DNA from: Calditrichia bacterium
Lineage (GTDB): Bacteria > Calditrichota > Calditrichia > JAJRVZ01
Length of the DNA stretch: 14,780 bases
Reading direction: 5' to 3'
NCBI GenBank assembly: GCA_963796965.1
Contig: CAWCNS010000013.1
Coordinates: 1-14,780, forward strand
The translations under genes and the position numbers were made by a program. Below the pieces are notes generated by a model, which saw only the letters and a program-made list of their open reading frames with translations, was not told where the DNA came from and did not search any database. Position 1 is the stretch's first letter; each line of letters starts with the position of its first letter. Positions 8,147 to 14,780 of this stretch are shown here, one piece after another.

Positions 8147-8206
8147 GGTATCACCTCATTGGTTAGTTGTTTTGTTGTTGGTTGTGTTCCGTTCTTGCTT
8201 ATTTAA

Positions 8207-8235
8207 AAGATACGGCATCAAGTGGATTTGGGCAA
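8207..8235 (-). promoter_or_regulatory. Putative sigma-70 promoter for the two small ORFs
   Basis: TTGCCC-N17-TATCTT on the minus strand, about 60 nt upstream of ATG 8146. Confidence 0.45.
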
Positions 8236-8396
8236 TGTGAGCCGGTTGGCTGTGAGGTGGTAGGTGAAAGCTATTATCATATAGGTGGAGGCTTGTAGTC
8301 CGGGCCTTAGTGGCCTATGATGTCTGATAATGATCTTGGATCAGGTTGTTCTGTCCGGTTGCTAAAAATCAACACCACAATCTGGAGACCGCCGCA

Positions 8397-8726
8397 ATGG
8401 GAGACACTTGGTATACGAACCTGAATGTCTTTCTTGACGATAATGGGGAAATCGCTGTCTCCACAGGACCTGCTCGAAAGTTGGCAGAGCATATTACGGC
8501 GATAGTTGCCATGGCATCGAGACCGGAATTGATTCCCCTACCGGAATACCAGGTCCGTTGCCGCCGCCGTCCTGGTCGGAAACCATGCACAGGAATAATC
8601 GAAGCGGATTTCGATCCCGAAGATTATAGGATCATGTGGTGGTGTCCGGTTTGTGATGACTGCGGATATATCAGCAACTGGCAAGGTTCGATGTGGGATC
8701 TTCGTAATGCCGACGAGGTTCACTGA
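8397..8726 (+). CDS. Hypothetical Cys-rich (Zn-binding) protein
   Basis: RBS ggag before ATG 8397; motifs CRRRPGRKPCTG and WWCPVCDDCGYISNWQG..WDL. Confidence 0.75.
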   Translation: MGDTWYTNLNVFLDDNGEIAVSTGPARKLAEHITAIVAMASRPELIPLPEYQVRCRRRPGRKPCTGIIEADFDPEDYRIMWWCPVCDDCGYISNWQGSMWDLRNADEVH

Positions 8727-8758
8727 AGCAGATAATTTAATCCGCCGGCGGAAAAATT

Positions 8759-8993
8759 ATGACCAACCGATCCGAACATAGACCAAATCGTCCAAGAAAT
8801 CCTGGCTGACATGCCCCTGAAGGAAAAGGCCATCATCGCCAACCTGGACGAGGATAAGGTTCCCTACCTTCAATATGCCTTTGATGTCTGTATCAGAGGT
8901 CAACTCGGGAAGGATGACGAAATGGGCAAGGATGTCATGCACCGGATCTGGGAGGTGTTACAGGAGACGTATCGGGTTAGGTGTGTGAAGTAA
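8759..8993 (+). CDS. Small hypothetical protein (possibly DUF6794-like), frameshift near the start
   Basis: DPNIDQIVQEILADMPLKEKAIIANLDE...VMHRIWEVLQETYRVRCVK. Confidence 0.55.
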
Positions 8994-9037
8994 TATAAAA
9001 GATGTGCAGGCCTGTCACTAAGGCAACAAACTCGGAT

Positions 9038-9886
9038 CTATAACCGTCTCGCCAAGTTCCGATTTAATCCCATTTCCCGGCTTTGCAGTTTAGACTGCCA
9101 TCGGCCTTCCATACACAGTATATCCTCCGTTGTCTCAGATGTTCCAGCGACTTCCAAAATCGAAACCTGATAATCGCTGGGGTCACGACTTTTTAATCCC
9201 TTATTCCCACCGTGTCCGGTATGGATGTATTCTTGCCATCTGCCCCAAAAACCACTATCGCCAGTTGCTGAACCGACATACTGTTCTTTAGTCTTCGGGC
9301 AGGTTAACAGGTAGACTCCACGAGAAGACTTAAGGGCATCAATCCAACCTTTGGGCATGTTATCGAGTTTTGACAATGGCTGGATAAATTCCATAAAACC
9401 TGGGAATTCGGGTTCTCGAAACGATGTGCGTAACTCGATAACGGGTTTATCCTTTCGATCAGCATATTGCACCCAGGCGAGTGCTCCTGGCCCCCAATCT
9501 ATAACAAGTTTTCCGATGAAATCGCTTAGAGTATCCTGGAGCTTAAGGTCGTAGGCATCGTATTTTCCGGCATTTGCAATCACATCCTTATGAGGCATTT
9601 GTGTATCCTGCTTTATCAATCCCAGATATCTTACACTGTAGAGTCCTGCAAACATCGTTTCGCCATTCATATTGACGACAAATACCGCCCAATAAGGTGC
9701 TGTTAGTTTTTTCCGATTCGGGATGCTTTGGATAGATTGATAAAAGTCAAAATTCGAGCGATCATCACGCCAAAGTTCGTAAGGCGTAAAGCCCCTCTTT
9801 GCACGATTGTCTTTGTGACGGATAAGGCGAACATTTTTCAGTGGAAGCCCTACTTCATGAAGTATCGTGTTCAACATTATCGGCAT
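9038..9886 (-). CDS. GIY-YIG nuclease family protein with N-terminal extra domain
   Basis: GVYLLTCPKTKEQYVGSA..GFWGRWQEY...GHGGN...SILE...MEGRWQSKL.SRE.GLNRN; intact 282 aa. Confidence 0.9.
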   Translation of the reverse strand: MPIMLNTILHEVGLPLKNVRLIRHKDNRAKRGFTPYELWRDDRSNFDFYQSIQSIPNRKKLTAPYWAVFVVNMNGETMFAGLYSVRYLGLIKQDTQMPHKDVIANAGKYDAYDLKLQDTLSDFIGKLVIDWGPGALAWVQYADRKDKPVIELRTSFREPEFPGFMEFIQPLSKLDNMPKGWIDALKSSRGVYLLTCPKTKEQYVGSATGDSGFWGRWQEYIHTGHGGNKGLKSRDPSDYQVSILEVAGTSETTEDILCMEGRWQSKLQSREMGLNRNLARRL

Positions 9887-9969
9887 GGTACAGCGACTCC
9901 TTTCAATCGACCTTTTCGGTGCACCAACCCACTGATCACAGCATCACACCAATCACATGTTTTTTATTC

Positions 9970-10305
9970 TTAAGAAATTGCATATGAATTTGGATCAGCC
10001 TTGAATACTCCTTCATTACAGTATGGACATCGTTGCTTATCCAACAAGAAAATAGACGTAAACTTTCTTTTTCTGCATTTTGGACACCTTGTGATAGGAG
10101 CCAAGGAGTCCACTAAGAATTCATGTCCGCATTCCAAACAAAGGTTTGGGCTATCATTGCCAATGCAACGGTCGAGTCTTTTATGGTCGGGGTGGTAGGC
10201 ATATTGCTTAGCTCCGGCCTTATCGTAATAATATGGATTACCGTCCGACCAAGCCTCGATGGCTTGACCACAATTGTCACAGATATATGTAACCCCTTCT
10301 GCCAT
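9970..10305 (-). CDS. Zn-finger hypothetical protein (four CxxC)
   Basis: CDNC, CLEC, CPKC, CPYC; likely start MAEG at 10305. Confidence 0.7.
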   Translation of the reverse strand: MAEGVTYICDNCGQAIEAWSDGNPYYYDKAGAKQYAYHPDHKRLDRCIGNDSPNLCLECGHEFLVDSLAPITRCPKCRKRKFTSIFLLDKQRCPYCNEGVFKADPNSYAIS

Positions 10306-10352
10306 GGATTTAATTTTAAATAGGATTATCAAAAATACAGGCCGATCTTAAT

Positions 10353-10902
10353 TCACTCACTCATGTTATTGGCCTTTTCCCTCCACTCTTTAATTAACGG
10401 CCCATCTTCACGCCAGACCCAGCAGGTGTTTTTCACCCGCCCAAATGCCATTTCCAGATAGGTTTCTTGCTCAACGGGTTCCCGTATCACAGCACTCCAG
10501 GCCCCCTGGACGGCTGCAGGTGCCATTGCAGTCAATAATGACAACAGATGACAGCATCCTTTCCTGCCGCCTACCAGCCTCTTTACCTTGGCTGTGAAGC
10601 CGGCAACGATAGGCATGCCCTTCAGCTGATTCAGTGTAGCGAGGGTTTCAAGGCACGCTTCATACGGAATCGTCGGCATCTCAACTTCAATATCCTCGAT
10701 GGTCAGTTTCGGTCCCTTGATCTCCATGCGTATGATCATGTGGTGAACAGTACCGGGGGGATGCATATCCCCAGTTGGACGATATGTCTCTACCAGGCGT
10801 TCATCATGAAGAATACCCTCGACAATTACGGAATCAGATGCCCCTTCATACGTGGTGATATCAATTTTTCGGTTGTGAATTATCTGGTCCAGTTTTTTTC
10901 AT
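10353..10902 (-). CDS. DUF2889 domain protein (frameshift in the A7 run just after ATG 10902)
   Basis: IHNRKIDITTYE...VEGILHDER...VHHMIIRM...MPTIPYEAC...GFTAKVKRLVGGRKGCCHLLSLL..MAPAAVQ. Confidence 0.8.
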
Positions 10903-10943
10903 TCACTTTCCGTTTTTCATTGAAGATTTATATTGTTCGACAA

Positions 10944-11369
10944 TTATTGAATTCCATATCCTCTTAAAAACACGTTGAAAATGAGTCCACCAAGGAAAGC
11001 CCAGAATATAAGGAAAAGAAAACCCACTATCATAATAGCTGGAATGGCCGCCAAGATGACCTTGATAAATAGCATTACCATACGGCTAAAAGGCATGTTT
11101 ACATCAAACAAGGTCGAACCTTGGGATAGTTGGCCCTTGATTTCCTGGAGCTGATTGTAAATGTCAATTAATTCAGTCTTGTCTGAATCGGTGTCGGATT
11201 CTTCTATATCGAAATCAGTCTCGTTAAAACTTGGTTCCTCTTCAGAAGCATCGAGAGTTTCTTCACTACCAGTTCGGTCAGACTGTATCCGCCTTATATC
11301 GGCTCCACAGAATTCGCAAATTCCAGCATAGGCGTTGTTCATCTTTTCACATTTTGGACACTTCTTCAT
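10944..11369 (-). CDS. Zinc-ribbon protein with C-terminal membrane segment
   Basis: MKKCPKC...CEFCG; acidic linker; DVNMPFSRMV.LFIK.ILAAIPA hydrophobic tail. Confidence 0.75.
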   Translation of the reverse strand: MKKCPKCEKMNNAYAGICEFCGADIRRIQSDRTGSEETLDASEEEPSFNETDFDIEESDTDSDKTELIDIYNQLQEIKGQLSQGSTLFDVNMPFSRMVMLFIKVILAAIPAIMIVGFLFLIFWAFLGGLIFNVFLRGYGIQ

Positions 11370-11395
11370 ATTACCTTCCGGTCAGATTTCTTCTG

Positions 11396-11632
11396 TTAAT
11401 GCACCGTCTTGTTGAAGACTGTCCCACAGTAAACACACGAATCCCGCTTATCTTGCTGAACCAGCCCACACTCCGCACAGACCTGTCCATACATCGGCAT
11501 CCTCGGGAAATCCGTATCAACGAAAACACACTCGCCCCGATCATCAATTTCAAATACAGTTTGACAGGAAGGGCAGATTGTCGTTCCCGAATTGTCCACG
11601 ATGTCAGATTGTCGGCAGAAGGGGCAGATCAT
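11396..11632 (-). CDS. Small double zinc-ribbon protein
   Basis: CPFC, CPSC, CAEC, CVYC. Its ATG overlaps the upstream stop (ATGA). Confidence 0.7.
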   Translation of the reverse strand: MICPFCRQSDIVDNSGTTICPSCQTVFEIDDRGECVFVDTDFPRMPMYGQVCAECGLVQQDKRDSCVYCGTVFNKTVH

Positions 11633-12589
11633 TCGTTCTTAAACACCTTAGTTCTGTGATAGGTGATGTATTTTCGATGATCATCATTGATGATTCGGAT
11701 CTTGTAACTCTCCACCAGAATCGATTCCCATTGATCTCAAGTCGTCTGCGTTCAAACCAGGTGAGAATAAGGCGGTACCTGTTTCATCAAAGGATAGAAA
11801 ACCCTGATCCAGCAATAGATCAACGACTGGTGTCAATGGTAATCCGTTGAGGGGATCAATTCTTTCTTTATTGTCATCGCATTTGGACCATGGCTTTAGG
11901 TGGCCGGCCCTGAGGAACCTGGTGTCATCGACTACCAGTAAAGGGGCACCTCTTATGCAAGGCAATCACATCATCTCTAAATCGGCCTTGCCCTTTCCTT
12001 GCCTTGACGATCGTTTCTTTCTCGGTAGTGGTTATGGCGGAGTCCTTCTTGATGAGCTTTTCAATCCGCTCTTCTTCAGCTTCAAGATCGGTTTTGGCCT
12101 CGCCTTCATGTTCCTTTCCTTCAAAGAGTGCAGGGTTGGCATCTTCACCAATCAATTCAAGCAGTTTTCCTGCAAGACCCTCATTAATATGAGCCAAGTA
12201 AACACCCTGGTTCCCATCACCAGTCTGTTGCAACGGCGAATACCTATCCGGTAAAAAAGGTCGAATCTCATCTATATAGTCCTTGGGTCGGATTTTGTTC
12301 CTCACCGGCCTATAGTCGACGTTGACCATCCATCCGTCTTGATCCCAAGCATCACCAGCAGAACCAAAGTCAGGCTTTGGCCGTGAATAACCATGTGATG
12401 TTATCACTCCGAGGTAAGGGATCCTTCTACCGAAAAAGGAAAACACTATGTCACTGGGCTTTACCCTGGTCATATTGTCGTAGAAGGTGTTTCTGGCACC
12501 GTCCTTTTTGGTCTTTGGGGACCACATGTACCCACCTTCAATCTCGTGATTATGTTCGTCTGATTCTGATTAACCCACCAATAGTTCAT
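11629..12589 (-). CDS. EVE-HNH modification-dependent (type IV) restriction endonuclease, VcaM4I-like, frameshifted
   Basis: MNYWWVNQNQT../EIEGGYMWSPK...YDNMTRVKPSDIVFSF...FGSAGDAWDQDGW...KIRPK...YSPLQ..GDGNQ..YL (EVE/PUA domain). Then RKGQGRFR..CPFTG/..LRAGHLKPW...ERIDPLNGL...DQGFLSF / YITYHRTKVFK (HNH). Confidence 0.85.
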
Positions 12590-13004
12590 GGTACCATCCA
12601 TTGTTAATTTTTATGGTTCCGGCGCATAACATTTCAACGAACGGAACATCTGCTGGAGCAAAATCAAACTCAGTAAGTTGGTCAACGGTGACCCAACGGT
12701 ATGCTTTGTGATCGTTCATGGTGATGGCGCCACCTACCCAGGATGCTCGATAAGCCATCAGTTCAATGGAAATATGGTCATAGTGGTGGACATTGGAACC
12801 AAGATGTTCACCGATGGTCACATCGATATCGAACTCCTCCTTGAGTTCACGGGCCAGGCACTCCTCCGGTGTTTCCCCTGGCTCAATCTTACCACCAGGG
12901 AACTCCCACTTACCGGATAGATGGTCACTGCTCTTGCGTTGAGCGATGATGATCTGGCCATCCTTTTCCAGGATGGCGGCTGTGACCTTGATGATTTTTT
13001 TCAT
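12570..13004 (-). CDS. MutT/NudG-type Nudix (d)NTP pyrophosphohydrolase
   Basis: WEFPGGKIEPGETPEECLARELKEEFDI Nudix box; FAPADVP C-terminal motif. Confidence 0.92.
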   Translation of the reverse strand: MKKIIKVTAAILEKDGQIIIAQRKSSDHLSGKWEFPGGKIEPGETPEECLARELKEEFDIDVTIGEHLGSNVHHYDHISIELMAYRASWVGGAITMNDHKAYRWVTVDQLTEFDFAPADVPFVEMLCAGTIKINNGWYHELLVG

Positions 13005-13052
13005 GCTGGGCTTTCAGGTTGTTCATTTCGATGGGCATCCTGAGCTTTATCC

Positions 13053-13110
13053 CTCACCATCCAGATTGTCAAGGAATACCAAACCCTTGACACGACAAGG
13101 GAATGGTGAG
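13053..13110. promoter_or_regulatory. Symmetric divergent promoter/operator
   Basis: ctcaccat(13053-60)...tgtcaagg(13067-74) mirrors ccttgaca(13085-92)...atggtgag(13103-10), placing TTGACA on both strands. Confidence 0.55.
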
Positions 13111-13153
13111 ATCTAATACGAGTTCCCACCTTTCCTATGTTAATGGAGACTCA

Positions 13154-14780
13154 ATGACACAAGCCGGTTATAGTGCAAAATTGTCTGATTTTTCGATAGC
13201 TCATGTTGCTACAATTGTTAAGGATCTCAAAACATTCATTCAAGACGCAGGCGATAGTCAAATAAAGGCTTGGAGGGATTCAATAAAGATAATTCAGAGA
13301 TCCGTTGGCGAAATGATCGGCAAGAATTCCGATTTCGCAGAAAATGGCTCAGTGATTTTTGAGTATACAATCCCGCTCGAATCCAGAAGAATCGATGTAT
13401 TACTTCTTTTAAATGGAGTTGTGATAGTAATTGAGTTTAAAGGTAAGCCATATCCAACACAAGCTGACATTGATCAAGCGGCTGCTTATGCCAGAGATCT
13501 TCGCGCATACCACAAAGAATGCTCAACAATACCTGTTAAATGTGTCTTAGTGTTGACGAGAGGTGCGAAAGACTTCCAGTATCAAGGTGAAGTGGATGTC
13601 ATAGGTCCGAATCAAATATCATCATATTGCGAAAAAGCCATTCGAGACGGTGAGATTGCTCCGAACCCTGATAACTTTTTAATGTTCGAATGTTATCAGC
13701 CAATGCCTTCGTTGATAAAAGCAGCAAGGGAACTTTTTAATTCAGGGACGCTTACAAGAATTCATCGCGCTGCCGTAGCAACAGAACCGACATTGGATAT
13801 TTGCTCTGATATTGTTCATAAGACTGCGAACAAAAAACGACGTGCATTGATACTAACAAGTGGTGTTCCTGGCGCCGGTAAAACACTTGTTGGGTTACAA
13901 CTTGCTCACGCAAAATATCTGGATGATTTGGCGGTATCTCGCAAGGGAATTGGAAAACCTACAGCAACGGCTGTATTCCTTTCTGGAAATGGTCCATTGG
14001 TGGAAGTGCTTCAATACGAATTGCGGTCCGCCGGTGGTGATGGAAAAGCATTCATTCGTGGGGTTCATGAATATGTAAAAACATTTACCAAAAGAGCTGA
14101 GGTGATACCTCCACAGCACGTTTTAATTTACGATGAAGCTCAGCGTGCGTTTGATGCTGCTCAGGTACAAGCAAAGCACAAGGATATGCCGATTGCATTC
14201 CAAGGGCTTTCAGAGCCAGAGTTGTTCGTTCAATTTGCCGAAAATGTCCCAGAATGGTGCGTTGTGGTTGGTTTGATCGGATCGGGGCAGGAATCCGTAG
14301 TGGGGAGGAGGCGGGGCTTAGCCAGTGGAAAGACGCGATAGATAAGGCTTTGGGTCATCTGAGAAATGGGATGTTTACATTCCTACTATCGAAGAAGTGA
14401 AGACACACTTCAGTGCCCTAGCCAATGTAGAGCATTATGAAGAGTCACTCGAGTTATCAGTGACAATACGTTTCCACCTTGCTACTCGGTTGCATGAGTT
14501 CGTAAAGAATCTATTGGAAGGCAAAGCAGAGGATGCAAGGGGAATCAGCATAGAACTTGAAAAGAATGCATATACTCTGAGGCTTACTCATGACCTACAG
14601 AGGGCGAAGGATTATCTCACTAATCGCTATAATCGAAATCGTGAGGCGCGCTTTGGTATGCTTACGTGCGCCAAAGACAAGGAGCTACCGTAACCCACCG
14701 GAATTCCTAAAGGTTTCAAAAGCCCCGGGGAGGTTGGGCCGGGCGGATACTGGGAAATGGTATTCCGAGCCTTCTCCTTT
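13154..14780 (+). CDS. PD-(D/E)xK/NERD-like nuclease fused to DUF2075 (Schlafen group 3-like) helicase; frameshifted and running off the window
   Basis: RBS ggag, ATG 13154. FEYTIP..RRIDVLLL...VIEFKG...DQAAAYARDL; Walker A GVPGAGKT; FLSGNGPLV; Walker B LIYDEAQR; GLIGSGQE/..GEEAGLSQW; LELSVTIRFH. Confidence 0.85.

Noticed and set aside
11790..11850. HNH inactivation (TPVVDLLLD versus a His-containing motif in homologues)
   Set aside because: This position varies in the family and sequence error is likely; cannot be concluded without an alignment.
1..14780. tRNA/rRNA genes, reverse transcriptase, intact prophage structural genes
   Set aside because: No cloverleaf, rRNA-like sequence, YxDD RT motifs or capsid/terminase-like ORFs recognised.

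Overview
Bacterial accessory/defence-island DNA, possibly from a Desulfobacterota-like organism (inferred from DUF2889 and related hypothetical proteins). Many genes are split by 1-nt indels, often in homopolymer runs. This is most likely long-read sequencing error, so I rebuilt genes by hand across frames. The AT-rich left half (1-~7770) holds three diverged copies of a ~200-bp element interleaved with a membrane-anchored PIN nuclease, a GTPase-DUF697 gene and a truncated Zn-ribbon ORF. It then carries two CDCCGR-motif paralogues with a duplicated 49-bp upstream element, a full-length but apparently catalytically dead IS1595-type transposase, and an RHH + HTH gene pair followed by a palindrome/mini-hairpin cluster (origin-like). 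The more GC-balanced right half has a two-peptide mini-operon and a minus-strand run: Nudix > VcaM4I-like EVE-HNH > Zn-finger > Zn-ribbon-TM > DUF2889 > Zn-finger > GIY-YIG. This run is divergent from a nuclease-DUF2075 (Schlafen-3-like) helicase across a symmetric double-TTGACA promoter. All family calls come from motif recognition, not database searches.
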